Assembly: GCF_035317785.1 (NCBI RefSeq)
Contig: NZ_DATHGC010000382.1
Coordinates: 33,098-97,097, forward strand
DNA from: Pedobacter sp.
Lineage (GTDB): Bacteria; Bacteroidota; Bacteroidia; Sphingobacteriales; Sphingobacteriaceae
Direction of reading: 5' to 3'
Length of the DNA stretch: 64,000 nt
A model generated the notes under the pieces. That model saw only the letters and a program-made list of their open reading frames with translations. It searched no databases and had not been told where the DNA came from. A program made the position numbers and the translations under genes. Of the stretch, positions 38,687-50,862 are shown one piece after another. The number at the start of each line of letters is the position of its first letter. Position 1 is the first letter of the stretch.

Positions 38687-40477
38687 TTAGTTATATCCTG
38701 GATTTTGTTTTAAAACCGGTGCTCCGTTTGATTGGCTTAAGTCTATCTGGCGCTGCGGTATAGGGTAGTAGTCATTCTTTCCTTTCACAAATTTACCGTT
38801 CCTCACGTCGGAAGTGATCTTACCCTGAAAATTAAAGTAAGCATTTAATTCCTGATCCGCAATTCCCCAGCGCACCAGGTCAAAGAAACGGTGCCCTTCC
38901 ATAGCCAGCTCTATTTTTCTTTCATAATAGATGGCCCTCAATGTGTAATCTTTGCCCTGTCCGGTAAAATTGCCTGCCGGATATACATTGATCTTATAAT
39001 TTGCCGCGGGTTCATCTGAAAAGCCAGCGGATGGATCTTCATCATCATTATATTTGAACAGCCAGCTCTCATGATCTGCTGCCCTTTCTCTTACTCTGTT
39101 TACGTATTCCTGTGCCTTGTCTAAATTTCCGAGCTGTGCTTCACATTCTGCGGCCATTAAAAGTACGTCGGCAAAGCGGATAATAGAATAATTCACGGCC
39201 GTTCCCGGGGCCCAGGTGCCCTGATCTCCATCGCTATCGGCATTTTCACTCCAGTAAACATTCTTTTTCGGTCCGTATGGCCCGCCATAGCTCTGATCTC
39301 TGGCCCACGGCTTACCCGGATAAATTCCCCAGTCATGATACGGTATGCCCCGGCGCCCGGCTGTCCAGTCCAAACGCGGATCAAGTGTTCCCGCATCAGG
39401 TATAAAATCATCTTCTGCCTCTACACCCATATCAGTTTTTACAGGAAAGCTGTTATAGGCAGTGAAGTATGGCAACCCTGTAGCAGGATCAGTCCGGAAA
39501 TGATTGACCAGATCTACTGATGGCTGAAAGAATCCGCAGCAGCTGAAAGGACTGCCATCACCATAAGGAAAATTAAGCATATCGCCATTGTTGGCATTTG
39601 ACGGACCGGTTGGATCTGCATTTGCAGCCATTTGAATGACAAAAACTGCCTCAGGATTATTTTCACGGCTTGGCAGCCAATTGTCTTCAAAGTTTTTATT
39701 TAAATTATACTTTATACCTGAACTTGTTTGCCCCAGTGTGATCACCGCATCAAAGACAGGCTTGGCTTCATCATACTTATGCTGATAGAGATAAGCCTTT
39801 GCCAGGTAAGCGCCAGCTGCCCATTTATTAGCTCTTCCCACTTCGACTTGTGCAGGCAGGAGATTGTCGTAAGCGTATTTAAGATCCTCAGTAATTCTCG
39901 GCCATATATCCACATTATTTGGTTGATTAAAGTTGGTCGTGGTTTCATCAACCCAGGGAACCATGTTCCACATCTTCTTCAATTCAAAATAATAATGGCC
40001 GCGGAGAAAACGAGCCTGGGCACTTATGCTTTTACGTTCTGCATCGCTCAAATCTGTGGCTTTTACCATCAACTTCAAGACATTATTTGTTCTTGAAACA
40101 CCTTCATACAGCGCTTTCCATTTTCCGTCGAAATAAGCATTGGTTGCACCTGAATAAAAGTTGACAATAGGATCAATAGCAGGCTGATCTGCACCATCAC
40201 TCCCTTTATTGGCATCGCCCCCGGCCACAGATCCAAATACCCAGTTGGTTGGAGATGCCTGCCAGGCGTCTCCGCCGCCGAGGGCGACATCACCGCCCTG
40301 CATACCGTCAAGAGCTGCATAGGCACCAATCAGTAATCCGTTAACTCCATTTTTTGTGGCTATCAATTCTTCTGACAATGAGCCAAGAGGAGGCTGATCC
40401 AATGCCTTTTTACAAGAATAGATGAGTTGCATTGCAAACAACATGACAACTGATAATATATATGTTGATCTTTTCAT
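38687..40477 (-). CDS. RagB/SusD family lipoprotein
   Basis: Lipobox Cys (IYSC), QARFLRGHYYF.L, R.ADVLLM.AE, ER.IELA.EG.RFFDLVRW and QNPGY. Confidence 0.96.
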   Translation of the reverse strand: MKRSTYILSVVMLFAMQLIYSCKKALDQPPLGSLSEELIATKNGVNGLLIGAYAALDGMQGGDVALGGGDAWQASPTNWVFGSVAGGDANKGSDGADQPAIDPIVNFYSGATNAYFDGKWKALYEGVSRTNNVLKLMVKATDLSDAERKSISAQARFLRGHYYFELKKMWNMVPWVDETTTNFNQPNNVDIWPRITEDLKYAYDNLLPAQVEVGRANKWAAGAYLAKAYLYQHKYDEAKPVFDAVITLGQTSSGIKYNLNKNFEDNWLPSRENNPEAVFVIQMAANADPTGPSNANNGDMLNFPYGDGSPFSCCGFFQPSVDLVNHFRTDPATGLPYFTAYNSFPVKTDMGVEAEDDFIPDAGTLDPRLDWTAGRRGIPYHDWGIYPGKPWARDQSYGGPYGPKKNVYWSENADSDGDQGTWAPGTAVNYSIIRFADVLLMAAECEAQLGNLDKAQEYVNRVRERAADHESWLFKYNDDEDPSAGFSDEPAANYKINVYPAGNFTGQGKDYTLRAIYYERKIELAMEGHRFFDLVRWGIADQELNAYFNFQGKITSDVRNGKFVKGKNDYYPIPQRQIDLSQSNGAPVLKQNPGYN

Positions 40478-40495
40478 TTTCTTAAACATTAACCG

Positions 40496-43400
40496 TTAAA
40501 AATGTAAATTTATGCCCAATAGAAAGGTCCGCTGACTTGGATAAGACCCATCGTCAACACCATAAGCAGTTTGCTGTCCGGTTTCGCTTGATGTTCCGAT
40601 TTCCGGATCCACCCCTGAGTATTTTGTAACTGTAAACAGGTTAGCCGCCGAGACATAAAGCCTCAATCTGCTGACGCCAACTTTCTGAAGTGCATTCGCC
40701 GGTAACGTATAGCCGATCTGCACATTTTTTAGCCTCAGGTATGATCCCTTTTCTACAAAATAGGAAGTAGGGACACTGTTTGTACTAAATGATTGCTCAG
40801 TTTCCTGGATGGGTGCCTTTGCATTATGACGGGTACTTGTCCAGGAATCGTAAAGCGCAGTATGGCTTTTTGCACCACCAAATGAAGGCATAAAATCCGT
40901 CCACCATTTCACCTGGTTCCAGATTGAATTGCCCTGAACACCATAGAAGAAAGCGCTGAAATCAAAGCTTTTAAAGCTTGCGCCCAAATTGAGCCCATAG
41001 CTAAAATCAGGATTTGCATTGCCGAGGAAAGTCCTGTCATCGGCAGTGATCATCCCATCGCCATTAACGTCGGCATACCTAAACCGGCCGACTTTAACAT
41101 TGTCCTGATAAACACTATTTGGATCACCAGTGGCATCCCGGGTTTTTTGATCTGCAGCTTCAATTTCGCTGTCCGAGTTCCAGAATCCTTCTATCTGGTA
41201 GCCAAAGAACTCACTTACAGAATGGCCAACAGCGTTACGGATGATACGGCTGCCATCGAATCTCCTTGAATCAACATCATAATAATCCACATCACCAGAT
41301 ACTTTTTTTATTTCATTACGGTACGTAGTGATCGTTGCCGTAGCATTGATTTTAAAATCCTTACCGATATCCTTATGCCCGGTCAGTGAAATATCGAAGC
41401 CATCGTTTTTCATTTGCGCAATGTTTACAAACGGAACCGTGGCGGCGCCAACAGTTGCAATCATTTCAGGATTGTATAACAGGTCACGAACATTTTTTTG
41501 ATAATAGTCTGCGGAAATCTCTATTCCTCCACCAAACAATGTCGCATCAAATCCGAAGTTTGAGTTCACGTTTTTCTCCCATTTGGCATCAGGATTTCCG
41601 GTTTGATTTTGATAAAAGCCCGCAACAACAGCATTGCCGCCGCCAATGGCATAATAAGACTGGCCGATTCCACTTCCAAATGTGGTAAAAGAATTGGCGC
41701 CGGAAACATTTACCTGGTTGCCCATGATCCCCCAGCCTCCTCTTATTTTAAGGTCAGTGATCCAGCTCACATCCGACAGGAAACTTTCTTTAGAAACCCT
41801 CCATGCTGCACTTACAGCCGGAAATACCCCATAAGTATTTTTAAGGAATTTTGAAGAACCATCACGACGGATGGTAGCACCAATCAGGTACTTGTCATTA
41901 AATGCGTAATCAACACGGCCAATCAGAGAAAATAAGGCATCTGCAGTCCTTTCACTTGTGGTTTCCATTGGTCCGCTGCCATTGGACAGGTTCGTATAAT
42001 CCGGATCAAAAGAGAAATATCCCTTGTTGCTACCGCTCATTGTACTGTAACGGTTCTTGTTATATTCCGTTCCGACCAGCACTTTTAAACTGTGCAGATT
42101 GAAAGTTTTATTAAATGACAATGTGTTTGTCCAGGTATATTCCAGTCCTGTATTAGAAGATTCCGCATAACTGTTGCTCGTGGTATTCTCCGCATTTTCA
42201 TATTGAGGATAGACAAATGATCTTGATGCACCCGAATAAGAGTCGGCGCCAAATACAGTTCTGAGCGTTAAGAACGGAAGAAGATCAGCCTCTGCGTAGA
42301 CATTTCCAAATAACCTGTTGTCTGTTGCTTTGTTGTCTTTAGTACGGTAAAGCATGGCTACAGGATTGTAGGCATCACCCAGCTTGCCACCGTAACCACC
42401 TGCAAAATTCCCTTTGATGTCGTATACAGGAATGATGGGCTGCTCTCTGAATGCATGGCCAATCGCATTATCGCCGGTAAGTCCATCTACTTTGGGATTG
42501 TTGGTAATGGTATAAGCCAGGTTTTCACCCACCCTGACGTACTTGCCGATTTTGTACAGTGTATTGGAGCGAACCGTATACCTTTTCAGGTAAGTCCTGT
42601 CCAGCGTTCCTCTTTGGTTAAAGTAGTTTGCCGAAAAAAGATAGTTTCCCTGATCTGAACCACCGCTTACAGAGACATTCTGACTGGTGATTGGAGCCGG
42701 ATTAAATATTTCGTCGTTCCAGTTCGTACCTTGTTTATTTGCCCTGTTGATCCTGTAGAAGGCATTGTATTCATCGTCAGATGTAAACAGCGGCTTCACA
42801 TTATATAAAGCTGGATTTACTGAAGGATCTCCTTCTTTAGCTTTAAGCGGATAAATATAATCTGGTAAAACATAAGTCGGCCCATTGCCATATAATGGAT
42901 CATCAAAGCTATCGGCACCGGAATTTGTTTCGGCGAGCCTTTTTAAGTCTGCCATCTCCTGCGGAGATAAAATGTTCCAGACATTCCCGGTTTTAGGGCG
43001 TTGAGTACCGTAATAAGAATCATACTGTACCTTCACTTTATCTTTACCTTTTTTTGTACTGATGACAATTACCCCATTTGCAGCACGCGACCCGTATATA
43101 GAGGCCGAACCCGCATCTTTCAACACCTGCATGGACTCGATATCGTTAGGGTTTAAATCAGCAACGTTAAGTGTTGGCACCCCATCCACTACATAAAGCG
43201 GATTATTGTTTCCGAACGTATTTACCCCCCTGATACGTACCTGAGGTTCTTCCCCGGGCTGACCTGAACCCAGGATGGTGACTCCTGAGGCTTGTCCCTG
43301 TAAAAGATTGTTTATAGAGGGACTGGGTTGTTTAATCATTTCGGCTACGTTTACAACTGAAACGGCACCGGTCAGGTCTTTCTTTTTTTGAGTGGAATAG

Positions 43401-44059
43401 CCTAAAACAACCACTTCTCCTAATGAAGTCGATTCTTCAATAAGCTGTACGCTTAAAGTGTTTTCTCCATTTATGGGAACTTCTTTAGAAGTAAAGCCGA
43501 TATAAGAAAAGATCAGCGTAGCACTTGCATCAGGCGCATTGATTGCAAAATTCCCATTTGCATCTGTAACGGTAACGATGGTCGTGCCTTTTACCTTTAC
43601 ACTTACACCAGGCAGTGTTTCGCCTTTTGCAGAAGTTACCTTGCCCTTAACGGATACAGGAGGTTTATTGGCATCGGGTGGAGCTGGTTTTTTTGAAGCG
43701 TCTTTATCATAGAGAATAATCCGGTTGTCGATCACTTTATAAAAGATACTTAATGGGTTTAATGTTTTATCCAGAATATCTCCAAGTCGTTTTTTGATAT
43801 AATTTGCAGATGTGATGCGGTCAGATTTAATTACCGATGGACTATAAATAAATTTAACTTTTGTCTGGTTTTGTATTTCGTTGAGTATCTCAGTTACCCT
43901 GGCATCATTGATACTGATGGAAATTTCCTTATTCAGTATTTCCTGAGCTTCCGCATTTTTTGCCGCTGCGCCGCATGTAAAGAGAACTACAAGAAATATT
44001 TGGGCTATAGATATCCTCATTGCTGTTTTTATTAAAGCAACAAATCGCTTTATTTTCAT
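40496..44059 (-). CDS. SusC/RagA TonB-dependent transporter with N-terminal STN signalling extension
   Basis: STN-like N-terminus, LPGVSV, LTGAVS, PLYVVDG and VLKDA..ASIYGSRAANGVI.I.TK; ends in F. Confidence 0.97.
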   Translation of the reverse strand: MKIKRFVALIKTAMRISIAQIFLVVLFTCGAAAKNAEAQEILNKEISISINDARVTEILNEIQNQTKVKFIYSPSVIKSDRITSANYIKKRLGDILDKTLNPLSIFYKVIDNRIILYDKDASKKPAPPDANKPPVSVKGKVTSAKGETLPGVSVKVKGTTIVTVTDANGNFAINAPDASATLIFSYIGFTSKEVPINGENTLSVQLIEESTSLGEVVVLGYSTQKKKDLTGAVSVVNVAEMIKQPSPSINNLLQGQASGVTILGSGQPGEEPQVRIRGVNTFGNNNPLYVVDGVPTLNVADLNPNDIESMQVLKDAGSASIYGSRAANGVIVISTKKGKDKVKVQYDSYYGTQRPKTGNVWNILSPQEMADLKRLAETNSGADSFDDPLYGNGPTYVLPDYIYPLKAKEGDPSVNPALYNVKPLFTSDDEYNAFYRINRANKQGTNWNDEIFNPAPITSQNVSVSGGSDQGNYLFSANYFNQRGTLDRTYLKRYTVRSNTLYKIGKYVRVGENLAYTITNNPKVDGLTGDNAIGHAFREQPIIPVYDIKGNFAGGYGGKLGDAYNPVAMLYRTKDNKATDNRLFGNVYAEADLLPFLTLRTVFGADSYSGASRSFVYPQYENAENTTSNSYAESSNTGLEYTWTNTLSFNKTFNLHSLKVLVGTEYNKNRYSTMSGSNKGYFSFDPDYTNLSNGSGPMETTSERTADALFSLIGRVDYAFNDKYLIGATIRRDGSSKFLKNTYGVFPAVSAAWRVSKESFLSDVSWITDLKIRGGWGIMGNQVNVSGANSFTTFGSGIGQSYYAIGGGNAVVAGFYQNQTGNPDAKWEKNVNSNFGFDATLFGGGIEISADYYQKNVRDLLYNPEMIATVGAATVPFVNIAQMKNDGFDISLTGHKDIGKDFKINATATITTYRNEIKKVSGDVDYYDVDSRRFDGSRIIRNAVGHSVSEFFGYQIEGFWNSDSEIEAADQKTRDATGDPNSVYQDNVKVGRFRYADVNGDGMITADDRTFLGNANPDFSYGLNLGASFKSFDFSAFFYGVQGNSIWNQVKWWTDFMPSFGGAKSHTALYDSWTSTRHNAKAPIQETEQSFSTNSVPTSYFVEKGSYLRLKNVQIGYTLPANALQKVGVSRLRLYVSAANLFTVTKYSGVDPEIGTSSETGQQTAYGVDDGSYPSQRTFLLGINLHF

Positions 44060-44147
44060 AACTTTAGGAGTTTTGTTCGTTAATATGAAAGTTTTCGTAC
44101 AGAATTGTTAACTGGCAATGTCCCACAACATTGTCAGTTTTTTTTTG
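44059..44147 (+). ncRNA. Candidate cis-antisense sRNA opposite the susC 5' leader (DonS-like)
   Basis: TAACTTTA (-7-like) overlaps the susC start codon on the opposite strand. Plus-strand hairpin AACTGGCAATGT...ACATTGTCAGTT runs into a long T tract. Confidence 0.45.
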
Positions 44148-44219
44148 AGTGTTTACTTAGTAGAATTCTCTTTTTTTCATAAGTCTGACTGGTTTAGGTG
44201 AGTTCTGGTTGATTGAATT

Positions 44220-45275
44220 TTATTGTTTTCCTTTGATAATTATTTTAGTCCCTTTGACCTCATAGGTGGCCTGTATGGATTCACATAAAAAATCCAGCTG
44301 ACTATAAAGGTTCTGTTCAGACAGATCCCCTGTAAACGTATAATTGTATAACTCTTTGTCTTCCACAGTGAATTCGATTCCGTACGATTTCTGAAGCTGG
44401 TTTAGCACTTCTGCTACACGGATATCATTAAAGGAATAACTCTCCTTTGCAGTCTGTTTATTATTTTTTGTAACGATCGGCAATGGTTTGTCAACCAGGG
44501 TGGTTGCAAAGCTATTTTCCGATGCATTGTAGACCGTTTTTTGGTTTGGAGTAAGTACTACCCCCTTACCTGATGTTAGCAGCCCGTCAATTTTAAAGGA
44601 TAGGCTACCTGAATTTGGAGAAACGATTACTTTTCCGGTTTTAACAGTTACTTCTGTTTCAGTTGCCGCACTATTGGTTTTTACAATAAAGCTTGTGCCT
44701 ACCACTCTGGTAATGACGTTTTTATTATAGACAAGAAATGGTCTTAATGGATTTTTACTGATTTCAAAAAATCCTTCTCCATCTAAGGATACTTCCCTAA
44801 CGGATTTAGAAAAGTGCCGGGGGTATTTCAGCATTGCATTTGGCTGAAGCGTGACCAAACTTCCATCTTCCAATTTAACGATCAATGGTTTACCGGTATC
44901 ATTTGCAGTAGAATTGATATCATTTGCAGATGCAGATTTGATGAATTCAGGTTTCTCACTCTCCGTACTAAAAAACAGATAACCCGCTATCAATATAAAA
45001 CTTGCAATCATCGCCGCGGCTGTCCTTAAAATCATTGATAATCTGAACGCAGGTTTCAGTTTACGAATGGGGATTTCACTTTCTGATGCGAGTGCATTTT
45101 CGTGTATTCTGTCCCATAACTTTTGTTCAAGCGCTTTTACCTGCGCCGGGGCAATATCCTGCATGTCCTGCTGATCAAGCATTCCATACCATTTTTCAAT
45201 AATTTCTTTTTCTTCATCCGTACACTTGTTCTGCAGGTATCTTTCTAACAATAGATGAAACGCTTCTCTGCTCAT
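44220..45275 (-). CDS. FecR family anti-sigma factor
   Basis: LLERYL...CT.EE...W N-terminus, one TM, LEDGS.V.L, R.V.L.GEGFFEI and V.GTSF. Confidence 0.95.
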   Translation of the reverse strand: MSREAFHLLLERYLQNKCTDEEKEIIEKWYGMLDQQDMQDIAPAQVKALEQKLWDRIHENALASESEIPIRKLKPAFRLSMILRTAAAMIASFILIAGYLFFSTESEKPEFIKSASANDINSTANDTGKPLIVKLEDGSLVTLQPNAMLKYPRHFSKSVREVSLDGEGFFEISKNPLRPFLVYNKNVITRVVGTSFIVKTNSAATETEVTVKTGKVIVSPNSGSLSFKIDGLLTSGKGVVLTPNQKTVYNASENSFATTLVDKPLPIVTKNNKQTAKESYSFNDIRVAEVLNQLQKSYGIEFTVEDKELYNYTFTGDLSEQNLYSQLDFLCESIQATYEVKGTKIIIKGKQ

Positions 45276-45345
45276 TTTTATAGCTTTTAAACTATATGTA
45301 AGCTAAGTCGACCCTACCCCTAAAAAATATTTGAAAATTTAAGAT

Positions 45346-45927
45346 TTATTGGAAAATAATAAAAGTAACCAAAAGAAGCATGTACTCTTTAAGGTAAAAC
45401 CGAATTGATTTCAGTGATTGTGTGATGTGGTATTCCACTGCTTTTTCTGAGATATTAAGCTGTTCGGAAATGTCTTTTACTGACCTGTGCTCTATGCGGC
45501 TCATCCTGAATACTTCGGCAGTTTTTTTTGGCAATAACGCAATCCCTTTGGCAAGGGCTTCAGACAATTCGTTAAGCATCAGCAAATAATCCGTATTATT
45601 TACAATTCCATAATTATTGGATGCCTTTATGTAATTGTGGTAATTTTCCTGAACCAATAATGATTTGTAGTGGTTAATGATGCTATACTTTAAACTCCCG
45701 AAAAGATAGGCGCTTAATGAGTTTATAACTGCTGTTTCTCTTCGTCTCCAGAGTTCTGTGAAGAGATTTTGGGTTAATTCTTCGGCAAGTTCTTTGTGAT
45801 GTACTTTCCGGTAAGCGACTTGGTAGACCTTTTGCCAGTACCTGAGGTAAATTTCTTTAAATGCATGCTGACAACTTCCTTTGAAAAGAACAATTAATTC
45901 GTTATCAGATAAGAGTCTGCAATTCAT
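45346..45927 (-). CDS. ECF sigma-70 factor (PUL-associated)
   Basis: AF..IY.RYW, AEELTQ.LF..LW, LP.....VF.MSR and IS.QLNISEKAVEYHI motifs. Confidence 0.95.
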   Translation of the reverse strand: MNCRLLSDNELIVLFKGSCQHAFKEIYLRYWQKVYQVAYRKVHHKELAEELTQNLFTELWRRRETAVINSLSAYLFGSLKYSIINHYKSLLVQENYHNYIKASNNYGIVNNTDYLLMLNELSEALAKGIALLPKKTAEVFRMSRIEHRSVKDISEQLNISEKAVEYHITQSLKSIRFYLKEYMLLLVTFIIFQ

Positions 45928-46110
45928 GAATTTAATGTCTGCTTAAAACAAATTTAACATTATAATCCAAAGTCAGCCACAAAATTTTTACACTTAATAT
46001 ATTGCGGTGGGCTGCAATATAGAAGTCGTCTCTGTCATCTGCATGATTTCCAAAAAAAAAGAAGGCAAAAAAAATGGGCAAACAACGCTGAAACGTGTTT
46101 ACCCAAAGGG

Positions 46111-46184
46111 TGGGCCATGATGGGCTCGAACCATCGACCAAAAGATTATGAGTCTTCTACTCTAACCAACTGAGCTAATGGCCC
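46111..46184 (-). tRNA. tRNA with CAU anticodon, most likely tRNA-Ile2 (lysidine-modified)
   Basis: GGGCCATTAGCTCAGTTGGTTAGAGTAGAAGA-CTCATAA-TCTTTTGGTCGATGGTTCGAGCCCATCATGGCCCA folds as a cloverleaf. It has a paired 1-72 position and lacks the initiator GGG/CCC anticodon stem. CCA is not encoded. Confidence 0.93.
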
Positions 46185-46236
46185 TGTAAAATCTTTTAGA
46201 TTTTGCGAGTGCAATGTTACATATTTGTATTCAATT

Positions 46237-46887
46237 ATGGAAACTGTTTCAACACAAAAAATAAAAAACATCATTTTCGATTATGGCAATGTCATCTTCG
46301 AAATAGACTTTAAGAAGGCGCAAAATGCTCTTTTACAACTCGGTATTGCAGATATCCAGGAGTTTTTCGCACATAAAAGCCACAATAATCTTTTTAATGA
46401 TTTTGAAATTGCGGCCATCTCTCCAGCTGAATTCAGGGCCGGAATACGCCTGGCGGCAGGGGATGAAAACTTAACCGACCAGGAAATCGATGCGGCCTGG
46501 AACAGTTTATTGATCGGCGTACCTCCCGGAGTTCATGATGTGCTGCTTAAAGTAAAGCAAAAATACCGCACTTTTTTGCTGAGCAATACTAATGAAACAC
46601 ATTACAACTATATATTGGATTACCTGAAAAGGGAATTCAGTATAAGTGACAATAGTGAGCTGTTTGAAAAGGCCTATTATTCACAGCAGATGTTTTTGCG
46701 CAAACCTGATGTGGCAATATTTGAACAGGTCGTCAGGGAGAATCAACTTGATCCTGCTGAGACTTTATTTATAGACGATAGTCCGCAGCATATCGAGGGC
46801 GCCAAACAAGCCGGACTAAATACGCTGCTGATGACCAGACACCCTAAAGAGCTGGAACAGGTTTTAATTGAAAACCATCTCTTATAA
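46237..46887 (+). CDS. HAD family phosphatase (YihX-like)
   Basis: IIFDYGNV, LLSNTN, RKP, FIDD and A...GL motifs. Confidence 0.92.
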   Translation: METVSTQKIKNIIFDYGNVIFEIDFKKAQNALLQLGIADIQEFFAHKSHNNLFNDFEIAAISPAEFRAGIRLAAGDENLTDQEIDAAWNSLLIGVPPGVHDVLLKVKQKYRTFLLSNTNETHYNYILDYLKREFSISDNSELFEKAYYSQQMFLRKPDVAIFEQVVRENQLDPAETLFIDDSPQHIEGAKQAGLNTLLMTRHPKELEQVLIENHLL

Positions 46888-46914
46888 CCCCTTAATGCTT
46901 CATTAAATAAATGA

Positions 46915-46950
46915 ATAGTTTTTAGCTATAATGCTATAGAAAAAAGCAGT
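46915..46950 (+). promoter_or_regulatory. Putative OxyR-type binding site upstream of katG
   Basis: ATAG-N7-CTAT-N6-ATAG-N7-CAGT, close to the OxyR consensus ATAG-N7-CTAT-N7-ATAG-N7-CTAT. Confidence 0.55.
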
Positions 46951-47004
46951 TTGTTAGTCGTTATTATCTGTTGTATATTTAGATAATAAGCATCCGTTCA
47001 TTAA

Positions 47005-49296
<2,292 letters not shown>

Positions 49297-49314
49297 TATA
49301 TTTAGAAGGATAAT

Positions 49315-49359
49315 ATCATAAAAAACAGCTTTGCACAAGCTAAGGCTGTTTTTTATGAT
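49315..49359. terminator. Bidirectional intrinsic terminator between katG and the proline dehydrogenase gene
   Basis: ATCATAAAAAACAGCTTTGC...GCTAAGGCTGTTTTTTATGAT inverted repeat between convergent genes. Confidence 0.85.
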
Positions 49360-49374
49360 GCCTTTGGTTGCTCC

Positions 49375-50559
49375 TTAAAGCCTTCGGCGCTTTTTCTCTT
49401 TTATAATCAATCCGAGCTCCCTGCTCGTTGCACCGGCAATGGAGGTATTTTCTTGCGCTCTTCTGAAAAGATAAGGCATAACAGCTTTAATAGGACCATA
49501 AGGCACATATTTAGCCACATTATAGCCTGCGTCCGATAAATTGAAACTTAAATTATCACTCATACCCAGCAACTGGGCAAAATAAACATGCGGATGATTG
49601 TGGCTGATGTTATGCTCATCCAAAAGCCGGGCAAGAATCCGGCAGCTTTCTTCATTGTGTGTACCGCAAACAAAAGCAATTTCATTAATGTGAGCTATGC
49701 AATAATTTAAAGATTCATCGTAATCCCGGTCAGACGCCGCCTTATCAGGTTGTATCGGCGAGGGATAATCCATTTCTTCTGCTCTTTTCCTTTCCTTTTC
49801 CATGTAGGCACCGCGCACCATTTTCACCCCTAAAATATATCCCGTGGCTTTAGCGATCAGATGGTCTGCTTTCAGATCTGCCAGCTTATCATGGCGGTAC
49901 ATCTGGTAAGTGTTGTAAACAATAATGCTTTTTTGATTAAATAAACGCATCATGTCCATTGCCAGCTGGTCAATGGTGTCCTGGATCCAGCTTTCTTCGG
50001 CATCAATCATAACAGGCACATTTTTATGAAACGCTGTTCTGCAGATCTTCTCGCAGCGCTGCTTCACTTTTTCAAACTCACGCTGTTCAGTTTCAGAAAG
50101 TTCATTTTTTGCGTCCAGTTTTTCCAGTAAACCAAAGCGGCCAATTCCTGTGACTTTAAATACCGTAATGGGTATGCGCTTATCCCCAGCGGCCCTTTCA
50201 ATGGTCCTGATGATCTCTTCACAGGTAAAATCAAAAACTGATTCTTCATCTTCCCCCTCCACAGAATAGTCCAGAATAGTCCCTACATGACCTGAGGCCA
50301 GCTGCGCTACAGTGTTTTCGCATTCAGCGATGGTCTCTCCACCGCAAAAATGTTTGAAAATAGTTGCCTTGATGATTCCTTTAACAGGAAGACCGGCATT
50401 TAAAAAGAAATTGGTAATGGGCGGGCCGATTTTAGTCAGAAAATTACTGCTAATGATCTTAAAGAGCCAATAAGCTGAATTAAGCTCGGTGTTGGATTGG
50501 TTGCGGAATGCAACTTCTGTATCATCAAAATTCAACGATTTCTTGGGGGATAGTTCCAT
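49375..50559 (-). CDS. Proline dehydrogenase (monofunctional)
   Basis: HFCGGE, MIDAEE, GVKMVRGAY, THN, QLLGM and KYVPYG...YL.RRAQEN motifs. Confidence 0.95.
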   Translation of the reverse strand: MELSPKKSLNFDDTEVAFRNQSNTELNSAYWLFKIISSNFLTKIGPPITNFFLNAGLPVKGIIKATIFKHFCGGETIAECENTVAQLASGHVGTILDYSVEGEDEESVFDFTCEEIIRTIERAAGDKRIPITVFKVTGIGRFGLLEKLDAKNELSETEQREFEKVKQRCEKICRTAFHKNVPVMIDAEESWIQDTIDQLAMDMMRLFNQKSIIVYNTYQMYRHDKLADLKADHLIAKATGYILGVKMVRGAYMEKERKRAEEMDYPSPIQPDKAASDRDYDESLNYCIAHINEIAFVCGTHNEESCRILARLLDEHNISHNHPHVYFAQLLGMSDNLSFNLSDAGYNVAKYVPYGPIKAVMPYLFRRAQENTSIAGATSRELGLIIKEKKRRRL

Positions 50560-50655
50560 TTATGAATGTCAGTTAGTCAATTCGATGGCAAAAATATGAA
50601 TTCCAATGCTATGGGTGGTAAAACACTTTATAAATAATTGTAAGTTTGCCCTATC

Positions 50656-50862
50656 ATGATACAATTTAAACTGGAAGGCGAATTCATTCCCCTGATTCAA
50701 TTGCTCAAAGCAACTGCCCTTGTACAAAGCGGTGGTGAAGCCCAAACCGTTGTAGAAGACGGTCTTGTCAAATATAATGGAAAAGTAGACTACCGCAAGC
50801 GGCTTAAGGTACGCGTAGGGGATGTAATTGATTTTATGGGCCAGAAAATAACTGTAATTTAA
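50656..50862 (+). CDS. S4-domain RNA-binding protein (YaaA/YbcJ-like)
   Basis: FIPLIQLLKA...SGGEA...V.YNG....RKR.K...GD pattern. Confidence 0.92.
   Translation: MIQFKLEGEFIPLIQLLKATALVQSGGEAQTVVEDGLVKYNGKVDYRKRLKVRVGDVIDFMGQKITVI

Noticed and set aside
23031-46110. Integrative island inserted at the tRNA(CAU) 3' end
   Set aside because: The content is accessory-like, but no integrase, transposase or duplicated tRNA 3' end was seen.
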